Shown here: positions 1 to 7,417 of the stretch, piece by piece | Layout of the letters: every line of letters begins with the position of its first letter | Numbering within the stretch: the stretch's first letter is position 1 | Origin: a virus | Lineage: Duplodnaviria > Caudoviricetes | Strand: one strand, 5' to 3' | IMG/VR virus record: IMGVR_UViG_3300012933_000253 | Location: 4,187 to 68,186 of that record | Length of the DNA: 64,000 nucleotides | Program-made: the position numbers and the translations under genes | Notes under the pieces: model-generated | What the model was told of the DNA's origin: nothing | Database searches by the model: none | Seen by the model: only the letters and a program-made list of their open reading frames with translations

Positions 1-441
1 ACTAAAGAGCAGTTCATGGACAATATCGCCAAAGAGTGGGCGGGATTACCATCAAGTTCTGGCAAAAGTCATTATGCAGGTGTGGGTTCTAATAAGCACG
101 GTACTTCTCGTGACGAAGTATCCGGCGCACTATCAACCGTGTCTCTTGCAAGTGGCGGACTTGTATCTGGTCCTACTTCAGGGTATCCTGCAATGCTTCA
201 TGGCAAAGAACTGGTACTCCCTATGCCGGACGCATCGTCACTTGATTCATTGCAAAGCATTACCAAACAGTCACTCGAACACGTCACCGGCGGAATGACT
301 AGTAACAAATCTTCAGCCGCTGCTGGCACCGAAATGAGAGTGTTAATCGATATCTTGGGTGAGAAAATGGATACCATGATTGAATATCTACGTAAGTCAA
401 ACAGCACACAAGACAAGATATTAAGTCACGCTCGCAATTAA
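1..441 (+). CDS. C-terminal fragment of a large virion protein (tape-measure/baseplate-hub-like), truncated by window start
   Basis: Frame 1 is open from base 1 to TAA at 439-441. It contains ASGGLVSGPTSGYPAMLHGKELVLP, a motif typical of C-termini of phage tape-measure/hub proteins. The function call is inference. Confidence 0.5.
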   Translation, partial: TKEQFMDNIAKEWAGLPSSSGKSHYAGVGSNKHGTSRDEVSGALSTVSLASGGLVSGPTSGYPAMLHGKELVLPMPDASSLDSLQSITKQSLEHVTGGMTSNKSSAAAGTEMRVLIDILGEKMDTMIEYLRKSNSTQDKILSHARN

Positions 442-445
442 ACGA

Positions 446-451
446 TAAATA
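446..451 (+). promoter_or_regulatory. T4-like late promoter motif (TAAATA), leaderless class
   Basis: gaTAAATA then 5 nt then the portal ATG; no Shine-Dalgarno (SD). Confidence 0.6.
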
Positions 452-456
452 TACAC

Positions 457-2217
457 ATGTCTTATAAGAAACGATTCTCCGCTCCTAACACAACAGGGGC
501 ACTAAGTCCAATCTCTGGTAATAATAGCAACCGAGGCGCTTGGAACAGTCCTGCCTCACAAGACGGGCAGTGGAGCAATGCTGACTTCGGGTACAAGAAC
601 TACCAAAGTCGCTTACCTGAAATTTATACAGGTCACCCTAACCGTATTGAGAGATATAATCAATATGAAATGATGGATGTTGATGCAGAAATTAATGCAT
701 GTTTGGACATCATTGCTGAGTTCAGTACTCAGAAAAACGAACAAAACAACACACCATTTGAGATTACTTTCCACGAAGATCCTACTCCTCATGAAGTAGA
801 ATTGTTGAAAAAGCAATTGCAACAGTGGTGCAAATTGAATGAGTTTGACACTCGTGTATTCAAAATCTTCCGTAACTCATTGAAGTACGGCGACCAAGTG
901 TTCATTCGTGATCCTGAAAACTTTAAGCTATACTGGGTCGATATGACCAAAGTTACTAAAGTTATTGTCAATGAATCAGAAGGCAAGCTACCTGAACAAT
1001 ATGTAATCAAAGATATCAATCCTAACTTACAGAATTTGAGTGTAGCAGAAAAGATGTCTACCGACTTCAACACACCGTCAGGCACTGGTGGATTCACTGC
1101 ACCCTCTAACTACACAATGCCAAATACTCCTAGTACATCTGGAAGTAGATTTCAATTGGGCATCAGTGAAGCGGCAATCGATGCTAAACACGTTGTACAT
1201 CTGAGTTTAACCGAAGGGTTAGACAGATACTGGCCGTTTGGTCAGTCAGTACTTGAAAACATTTTTAAAGTATACAAGCAAAAAGAACTATTAGAAGACG
1301 CAATTCTAATCTATCGTATATCTCGTGCTCCGGAACGTAGAGTTTTCAAGATTGACGTAGGTAACATGCCAAGTCATATGGCTATGGCATTCGTTGACCG
1401 CATTAAGAACGAGATTCATCAACGTAGAATCCCTAGTACTCAAGGTGGTCAATCAATGTTTGATGCCACGTACAACCCATTGTCAATGAACGAAGATTAC
1501 TTCTTCCCAGTGACGGCTGATGGTCGCGGTAGTGATGTAACTACATTAGCAGGCGGCTCGAATCTAGGCGAGATTGATGACTTACGTTATTTTAACAACA
1601 GACTTGCACGTGGTTTACGTGTACCGGCAAGCTACTTGCCACAAGGCCCTGAGGATAATCCTGCTCCCCTCAGCGACGGAAGAGTTGGAACAGCAATGAT
1701 TCAAGAATTCCGATTCAATCAGTATTGCGAACGTTTACAAAAGTACGTTTGTCAAAAATTGAACGAAGAATTCAAATTATTCTTACGCTGGAGAGGCTTT
1801 AGTATTGACGGTGGTTTGTTTGACATTAAGTTTAACGCACCTCAAAACTTTGCTGCATATCGTCAATCAGAACTAGACAATGCACGTGTATCAGTATTCC
1901 AAACAATGGAAGCTTTCCCGTACATTGCAAAACGTTTTGCAATGCAACGTTTCTTGGGATTAACTGAAGAAGAAATCGAAGAAAACAGCAAACTATGGCA
2001 CGAAGAAAAGGACAAACCTAATGATGACGGTACTACTGGCAGTGATTTGCGTAGCATCGGCATTAGTCCAGGTGATATCGATAGTGACTTAGAAAATGCC
2101 GAAGCTATGGGTGACGAAGAAGGCATGGATCAGATGCCACCAGAAGGTGGACCGGCAGTAGGCGGACCTGAATCGATGCCAGCAGGTGACATGGGCGGTG
2201 TTCCCCCTATTGCATAA
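457..2217 (+). CDS. gp20: Portal vertex protein, T4 gp20 family
   Basis: Motifs EDAILIYRISRAPERRVFKIDVGNMP, EDYFFP..GRGSDVTTLAGG.NLGEIDD..YF and acidic C-terminal tail; lies upstream of the protease/scaffold/MCP genes. Confidence 0.93.
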   Translation: MSYKKRFSAPNTTGALSPISGNNSNRGAWNSPASQDGQWSNADFGYKNYQSRLPEIYTGHPNRIERYNQYEMMDVDAEINACLDIIAEFSTQKNEQNNTPFEITFHEDPTPHEVELLKKQLQQWCKLNEFDTRVFKIFRNSLKYGDQVFIRDPENFKLYWVDMTKVTKVIVNESEGKLPEQYVIKDINPNLQNLSVAEKMSTDFNTPSGTGGFTAPSNYTMPNTPSTSGSRFQLGISEAAIDAKHVVHLSLTEGLDRYWPFGQSVLENIFKVYKQKELLEDAILIYRISRAPERRVFKIDVGNMPSHMAMAFVDRIKNEIHQRRIPSTQGGQSMFDATYNPLSMNEDYFFPVTADGRGSDVTTLAGGSNLGEIDDLRYFNNRLARGLRVPASYLPQGPEDNPAPLSDGRVGTAMIQEFRFNQYCERLQKYVCQKLNEEFKLFLRWRGFSIDGGLFDIKFNAPQNFAAYRQSELDNARVSVFQTMEAFPYIAKRFAMQRFLGLTEEEIEENSKLWHEEKDKPNDDGTTGSDLRSIGISPGDIDSDLENAEAMGDEEGMDQMPPEGGPAVGGPESMPAGDMGGVPPIA

Positions 2218-2220
2218 AGA

Positions 2221-2226
2221 TAAATA
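2221..2226 (+). promoter_or_regulatory. Late promoter motif (TAAATA), leaderless class
   Basis: gaTAAATA then 5 nt then ATG at 2232; no SD. Confidence 0.6.
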
Positions 2227-2231
2227 ATAGT

Positions 2232-2453
2232 ATGAAGTTATTTGAAATGTTCGATCCAGTTGTTCCCGGCTATCAAGAAGCCGAGAAAGATAACACTCGT
2301 TTGAAGTGGAAAGAAACACGTAAAACCAAATTAACATTACGTCAGATTCGTAAATTACGTAAGATGAATGATGTTAGAAACTTTGAAAAATCAGAGAATT
2401 TGAAGAAAATTCGTAAGCAATACGAGACACCGACTGAACAACCATCGATGTAA
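2232..2453 (+). CDS. Small basic hypothetical head-module protein
   Basis: 73 aa ORF between portal and core gene, with its own promoter motif and a downstream terminator; K/R-rich (TKLTLRQIRKLRKM). Confidence 0.75.
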   Translation: MKLFEMFDPVVPGYQEAEKDNTRLKWKETRKTKLTLRQIRKLRKMNDVRNFEKSENLKKIRKQYETPTEQPSM

Positions 2454-2476
2454 AAGCGTATCTTTGGCGAAAACGC

Positions 2477-2508
2477 AAAAAAATAGCACTTATTGTGCTA
2501 TTTTTTTT
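2477..2508. terminator. Intrinsic terminator, potentially bidirectional
   Basis: AAAAAAATAGCAC-TTATT-GTGCTATTTTTTTT: inverted repeat with A-tract and T-tract. Confidence 0.85.
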
Positions 2509-2517
2509 GATAGCCAC

Positions 2518-2523
2518 TAAATA
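2518..2523 (+). promoter_or_regulatory. Late promoter motif (TAAATA), leadered class
   Basis: cTAAATA 10 nt after the terminator; AGGAG SD precedes ATG 2557. Confidence 0.6.
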
Positions 2524-2556
2524 ATTCTACAAAGCCATTACTAGGAGAAACAAACA

Positions 2557-3378
2557 ATGGATAATAAAAAATTTGAACAACTTATTGATATGATTATCAA
2601 TGAGAACGAAGAACAAGCTAAAGCATTGTTCCATGATATCGTAGTTGAAAAAAGCCGCGAAATCTATGAATCAATGATGGACGAATCTGAAGAAACTGAA
2701 GAAGAAACAGTTGAAGAAGGTTACGAGCTTGAAGGCGCTGACCAAGTCGGTGGCTTGATGGATGAAATTTCTGCTGAAGAAGAAGGTCTAGGCGAAGACG
2801 AAGACGAATTTGCTGATATCGAAGTAGACGGTGAAGACGGTCTAGGCGATGACGAAGGCTTAGGCGGAGAAGAAGAATTAGAAGACCGCGTAGTTGACTT
2901 GGAAGACAAGTTAGACGAATTGATGGCTGAGTTCGAAGAACTTATGGGTCAAGAAGGCGGCGACACTGAAGATTTCGGTGGCGAAGAAGAAATGGGCGGC
3001 GAAGAAGACTTCGGCGGTGAAGAAGAAGGTATGTCTGACGAAATGATGGAAGCTGTTCAATTGCAGAAAGTTTCTGTTACACACGGTGACAATGGCGTTC
3101 AAACAAAGAGCACAGTAAGTGGCGGACCTAAAGTAGGCGGCAACGGTGCTAAAGCTGTTAACTTCACATCAGGTGAGTCAACTAAAGGCGGCACACAGGG
3201 TGGTTTGTTAAACCCAGCTACTAAAGACTTGAAGGGCGCAGGCACATTCAAGAATGCTCCAGGCAATAAGAACGTTGATCCAACAGCAGCTCCAAAAGCA
3301 AAGTTTGGTGATGACGGTGTAAACACAAAATCAATCGTTGGCGAGTCACGCAAGACTGTCAAGAAGATTGTTAAGTAA
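2557..3378 (+). CDS. Highly acidic prohead core/scaffold-associated protein (T4 gp67/68 position)
   Basis: Very E/D-rich central region with many xxE potential protease sites; lies directly upstream of the prohead protease; strong SD. Confidence 0.65.
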   Translation: MDNKKFEQLIDMIINENEEQAKALFHDIVVEKSREIYESMMDESEETEEETVEEGYELEGADQVGGLMDEISAEEEGLGEDEDEFADIEVDGEDGLGDDEGLGGEEELEDRVVDLEDKLDELMAEFEELMGQEGGDTEDFGGEEEMGGEEDFGGEEEGMSDEMMEAVQLQKVSVTHGDNGVQTKSTVSGGPKVGGNGAKAVNFTSGESTKGGTQGGLLNPATKDLKGAGTFKNAPGNKNVDPTAAPKAKFGDDGVNTKSIVGESRKTVKKIVK

Positions 3379-3391
3379 GGATACCTGAGAA

Positions 3392-4027
3392 ATGGCTTTG
3401 TATCTCAGAGAAAACCTAACATTCGATAATGCTAATATCATTGTTGAAAGTGAAGGTGACGGTAGTAAGAAGTCCCTTTATATGAAGGGCATCTTCATCC
3501 AGGGCGGGGTAAAAAACGCAAATGAGCGTGTTTACCCTGTTTCCGAAATTGATAACGCCGTCAATACTCTCAACGAACAAATCAAAACAGGCTATTCAGT
3601 ACTAGGCGAAGTTGACCATCCAGATGATTTAAAAATCAACTTGGATCGTGTATCTCATATGATTACTCAAATGTGGATGGACGGTCCTAATGGATTCGGC
3701 AAGCTAAAGATTTTACCAACTCCAATGGGACAGTTAGTGTCTACTATGTTGGAGAGTGGTGTTAAGTTAGGCGTTTCAAGTCGTGGTAGCGGTAACGTGA
3801 ATGACTTAGACGGCAGAGTTAGTGACTTTGAAATAGTCACGGTTGATATTGTCGCTCAACCTAGCGCTCCTAATGCGTATCCAAAAGCAATTTATGAAGG
3901 CATGATGAATATGCGTCATGGTCATAAGATGCTTGATATTGCAAAAGAAGCACAATCAGACAGAAAAGTACAGAGATACCTACAAGAGGAAGTAACTCGC
4001 CTCATCAAGGATCTCAAAATTAAATAA
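3392..4027 (+). CDS. gp21: Prohead core protease, T4 gp21 family
   Basis: Motifs GIFIQG...N.RVYP, GEVDHP, GVSSRGSG and DIVAQPSAP.AY. Confidence 0.93.
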   Translation: MALYLRENLTFDNANIIVESEGDGSKKSLYMKGIFIQGGVKNANERVYPVSEIDNAVNTLNEQIKTGYSVLGEVDHPDDLKINLDRVSHMITQMWMDGPNGFGKLKILPTPMGQLVSTMLESGVKLGVSSRGSGNVNDLDGRVSDFEIVTVDIVAQPSAPNAYPKAIYEGMMNMRHGHKMLDIAKEAQSDRKVQRYLQEEVTRLIKDLKIK

Positions 4028-4039
4028 AGGGGATTAAGC

Positions 4040-5137
4040 ATGTTAGATGCTATCAAACCATTACTTGAATCTGGACTTATCAACGAAGAAACTTCTTCTG
4101 CTTTGAACGAAGCATGGGAATCTAAGTTGAATGAAGCTAGAGAACAAGTTCGTGCTGAACTACGTGATGAATTTGCACAACGTTACGAGCATGATAAATC
4201 AGTTATGGTCGACGCCCTAGATAAAATGGTATCAGAAGGTCTATCAGTTGAAATTCAAGAATTCAACTCTGAAAGACAAGCAATGAATGAAGACCGTGTT
4301 AAAGCGCAAGTAAAATTGCGTGAAAACGTAAGCAAGTTCAATGATTTCATGGTAAAGCACTTATCAGAAGAAATCAAAGAATTGCGCTCAGAGCGCAAGC
4401 TACAGTTAGAAAGTCAGCAAAAGTTGGAACAATTCGTTGTTTCTGCTCTAGCACGTGAAATCAAAGAATTCTCACAAGACAAACAAGCTGTTGTTGAAGC
4501 TAAGGTCAAGTTAGTTGCAGAAGGTCGCTCACAACTAGAAGCATTGAAGGCAAAATTTGTTGCTGAATCTGCTAAACGTGTGAACGAAGCTGTTACATCA
4601 CATCTAAAGGGTGAATTGACTCAATTGAAAGAAGATATCCAGACTGCCCGTGCAAACGATTTTGGTCGCCGTATTTTCGAATCATTCGCAACCGAATTCT
4701 CTGCTACTCACTTGAATGAGAAAGCCGAGACTAGAAAGCTAATGTCTGCATTAGCTCAAAAAGAACAGCAATTAGCTGAGTCTTCAAAACAAATCGCTCA
4801 AGCTAAGAAATTAGTCGAAAGCAAAGAACGTGAAGTTCGTATTATCAAAGAATCTAATAGCCGTACAAAAGCTATGGATGAGTTGCTAGGTACTCTAAAT
4901 GAGGAAAAAGCAACTGTAATGCGTAACTTACTAGAAAGCGTACAAACTGCAAAATTGCAGTCCGCTTTCGATAAGTATCTACCAGCAGTGCTCAACACTA
5001 GCTCAGAAAAGAAGGCTGGAAAGTCTATGATTTCTGAATCAGTTAAAGAAGTAACTGGGGATAAAACTGCCATCAAACAAGTTGAAGCCGAAGGACGTGA
5101 TAACGTTATCGACATTAGACGTTTGGCAGGGCTATAA
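4040..5137 (+). CDS. gp22: Prohead core scaffolding protein, T4 gp22-like
   Basis: Coiled-coil, E/K-rich protein between protease and MCP; contains GRRIFESFATEF; SD AAGGGG. Confidence 0.8.
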   Translation: MLDAIKPLLESGLINEETSSALNEAWESKLNEAREQVRAELRDEFAQRYEHDKSVMVDALDKMVSEGLSVEIQEFNSERQAMNEDRVKAQVKLRENVSKFNDFMVKHLSEEIKELRSERKLQLESQQKLEQFVVSALAREIKEFSQDKQAVVEAKVKLVAEGRSQLEALKAKFVAESAKRVNEAVTSHLKGELTQLKEDIQTARANDFGRRIFESFATEFSATHLNEKAETRKLMSALAQKEQQLAESSKQIAQAKKLVESKEREVRIIKESNSRTKAMDELLGTLNEEKATVMRNLLESVQTAKLQSAFDKYLPAVLNTSSEKKAGKSMISESVKEVTGDKTAIKQVEAEGRDNVIDIRRLAGL

Positions 5138-5166
5138 AAAGACATAAAAATTAGGAGATTATTAAA

Positions 5167-6363
5167 ATGTCACAAGTTCTATTAGAAAGCCGTTGGGACG
5201 AGACCAAAGATACCCTGCTCGAAGGTTTAAAAGGTACTCGCCGCTCAACTATGGGTGTCATCTTGGAAAACACCAAGAAAGCATTGTTGTCAGAATCGGC
5301 AGCAGGCACAACTACAGCTGGTAATGTAGCAACACTTAACCGTGTTATTCTTCCAGTTATCCGTCGTGTAATGCCAACAGTTATCGCTAACGAGTTGGTA
5401 GGCGTTCAGCCAATGACAGGTCCAGTTGGTCAAATCCACACATTGCGTGTTCGTTATGCTCAAGGTCTTGACGACCAATCATCAGCTCAAACTTCTGTTA
5501 CAGCTGGCGAAGAAGCATTGTCACCATTCAAAATCGCTCAAGCATATTCTACAGTTAAGAATGACGCATCGGTTGCTAACAGCTACCGTGGTGCTTCTAC
5601 TTCTACTCTAGAAGGTAACGGCGGTAAGCAAATCAGCGTACAAATCTTGCGTCAAGCTGTTGAAGCTAAGTCACGTAAGTTGCAAGCACGTTGGACATTT
5701 GAAGCTGCGCAAGATGCACAGTCTCAACATGGTATTGACGTTGAAGCAGAAATCATGGCAGCTTTGGCACAAGAAATTACTGCTGAAATCGACCAAGAAA
5801 TCTTATTGTCATTGCACACATTGGCAACTCAAGAGTACACATACAACCAATCACAAGTATCTGGTACAGCTACTTTCGTTGGTGATGAGCACGCTGCTTT
5901 GGCCGTTCTTATCAACCGTGTTGCTAACTTGATTGCTCAACGCACTCGTCGTGGCGCAGGTAACTGGGCTGTTGTTTCTCCAGCTGCATTGACAGTATTG
6001 CAATCTGCAACTACTTCTGCATTTGCTCGTACAACAGAAGGTACTTTCGAAGCTCCAACAAACACTAAGTTCGTTGGTACATTGAACGGCGCTATGCGTG
6101 TGTTCGTAAACAGCTATGCTCAAGATGACACACCAGTATTGGTTGGTTACAAGGGTTCAAGCGAAACTGATGCAGCGGCATTCTATTGCCCATACATCCC
6201 ATTGATGTCTTCTGGCGTTGTTCTAGATCCATCAACATTCGAACCAGTCGTATCATTTATGACACGTTATGGTTACATCGAATTGACTAACACAGCATCA
6301 TCTTTCGGTAATGCTGCTGATTACTTGGGTGAAATCGGTATCGGTACATTGACATTCCAATAA
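5167..6363 (+). CDS. gp23: Major capsid protein, T4 gp23 family
   Basis: Motifs LPVIRRVMP..IANELVGVQPMTGPVGQI, AKSRKLQARWTFEAAQD, EIDQEI, QRTRRGAGNW, AAFYCPYIPL and FMTRYG; SD AGGAG. Confidence 0.96.
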   Translation: MSQVLLESRWDETKDTLLEGLKGTRRSTMGVILENTKKALLSESAAGTTTAGNVATLNRVILPVIRRVMPTVIANELVGVQPMTGPVGQIHTLRVRYAQGLDDQSSAQTSVTAGEEALSPFKIAQAYSTVKNDASVANSYRGASTSTLEGNGGKQISVQILRQAVEAKSRKLQARWTFEAAQDAQSQHGIDVEAEIMAALAQEITAEIDQEILLSLHTLATQEYTYNQSQVSGTATFVGDEHAALAVLINRVANLIAQRTRRGAGNWAVVSPAALTVLQSATTSAFARTTEGTFEAPTNTKFVGTLNGAMRVFVNSYAQDDTPVLVGYKGSSETDAAAFYCPYIPLMSSGVVLDPSTFEPVVSFMTRYGYIELTNTASSFGNAADYLGEIGIGTLTFQ

Positions 6364-6422
6364 ATCGGAATCCTCTGTTCGGGAAGCACACGCTCAGGTG
6401 TGTGTTACAGGAAGGAACAAAG

Positions 6423-6446
6423 AAGCACTCTTCGGAGTGCTTTTTT
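6423..6446 (+). terminator. Intrinsic terminator after gp23
   Basis: AAGCACTC-TTCG-GAGTGCTT plus T tract (UUCG tetraloop). Confidence 0.9.
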
Positions 6447-6457
6447 GTGGCTGTGAA

Positions 6458-6463
6458 TAAATA
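6458..6463 (+). promoter_or_regulatory. Late promoter motif (TAAATA)
   Basis: aaTAAATA just after the terminator; SD AGGA before ATG 6507. Confidence 0.6.
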
Positions 6464-6506
6464 TAGTATGTGCTTCTATATGAAGACAACCTATTAGGAA
6501 ATTAAA

Positions 6507-6875
6507 ATGGCATACACACCAAAAGCACACGGTATCACTACCCCACAAACAACCTTTGCAACACGTAAACTAGCTTATGTTGTAGTTGATATGGGTACAG
6601 ACGTTGCGACAAACTTTGACCAAATTGATTCATTGTATCAAAAAGCAGTTCAAGGTATCCAGCAAATTGCTGAAATTTACGCATTAGGTCAACCTAGTGG
6701 ACAATTGTTCACCGCAATATTATCCAATGACACGTTACCATACGATGATGGTCAATCAGTCGGTGACGGTGGTGAAAATAGTCCATTGTCACGAGTAATT
6801 CGTGAAAGTTCAGGCGCAAGTGGTGCATGGGCATGGAACGCTAACTTAAACGGCAACGGTTTAAACTACGATTAA
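6507..6875 (+). CDS. Small virion protein, paralog 1 (candidate capsid decoration protein)
   Basis: 122 aa starting MAYTPKAHG; homologous to 6980..7339 throughout; lies directly after MCP. Function is inference. Confidence 0.7.
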   Translation: MAYTPKAHGITTPQTTFATRKLAYVVVDMGTDVATNFDQIDSLYQKAVQGIQQIAEIYALGQPSGQLFTAILSNDTLPYDDGQSVGDGGENSPLSRVIRESSGASGAWAWNANLNGNGLNYD

Positions 6876-6894
6876 TCATTCAACCAACGATGTA

Positions 6895-6918
6895 AAAAGC
6901 ACTCTTTTGAGTGCTTTT
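6895..6918 (+). terminator. Intrinsic terminator
   Basis: AAAAGCACTC-TTTT-GAGTGCTTTT; same stem sequence as the 6423 terminator. Confidence 0.85.
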
Positions 6919-6931
6919 CTATTTGTGGAGA

Positions 6932-6937
6932 TAAATA
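6932..6937 (+). promoter_or_regulatory. Late promoter motif (TAAATA)
   Basis: gaTAAATA after the terminator; SD AAGGA before ATG 6980. Confidence 0.6.
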
Positions 6938-6979
6938 TTATCATACATCAAATGATGTAAACATTAAAGGAAAACAAAA

Positions 6980-7339
6980 ATGGCATATACTAACAAAGCA
7001 CACGGTGTTACATTACCAACATCAACAATTCAAGGTCGTGAGTTCTTCTGGGTTCACGTTGACGCAAACGTTGACGTAGAAACAGATTTTGCTACAGTCG
7101 GTAGCAACTTTCAAAAGTTGATTGCTGCATTGCAACAAGTTGCAGAAATGCACATCATCGGTATTCCAAACGGACAATTGACTACGTTTGCACTATCAAT
7201 GAACACTACACCAGGTGCAGGTGACTTTGATTATAATACAATCAGCGCACTATCAACTGCAATTGAAGATTCAACTGGCTGGAACGTCACTGTATATGAT
7301 GCACAACTAAGTGGCACAGGTTTCAACTCTGACTATTAA
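6980..7339 (+). CDS. Small virion protein, paralog 2 (candidate capsid decoration protein)
   Basis: 119 aa starting MAYTNKAHG; shares the F.....S..QK....LQQ.AE....G.P.GQL.T pattern and ..LNG.G...D C-terminus with paralog 1. Confidence 0.7.
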   Translation: MAYTNKAHGVTLPTSTIQGREFFWVHVDANVDVETDFATVGSNFQKLIAALQQVAEMHIIGIPNGQLTTFALSMNTTPGAGDFDYNTISALSTAIEDSTGWNVTVYDAQLSGTGFNSDY

Positions 7340-7355
7340 TCAGTAACATGATTCT

Positions 7356-7384
7356 AAAAAGGTACATTCGTGTACCTTTTTTTT
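7356..7384 (+). terminator. Intrinsic terminator
   Basis: AAAAAGGTACA-TTCG-TGTACCTTTT plus T tract. Confidence 0.88.
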
Positions 7385-7392
7385 CGGCTTGA

Positions 7393-7398
7393 TAAATA
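7393..7398 (+). promoter_or_regulatory. Late promoter motif (TAAATA)
   Basis: gaTAAATA after the terminator; SD GAGGA before ATG 7418. Confidence 0.6.
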
Positions 7399-7417
7399 TA
7401 CTATATCGAGGATTTGT

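Noticed and set aside
6364-6506. tRNA or other known ncRNA in intergenic gaps
   Set aside because: No cloverleaf or T-loop motif (GTTCGA) was found; gaps are short and explained by hairpins and promoters.
7370-7417. ORF-track start at 7370
   Set aside because: It lies inside the terminator and upstream of the promoter motif; ATG 7418 has a GAGGA SD.
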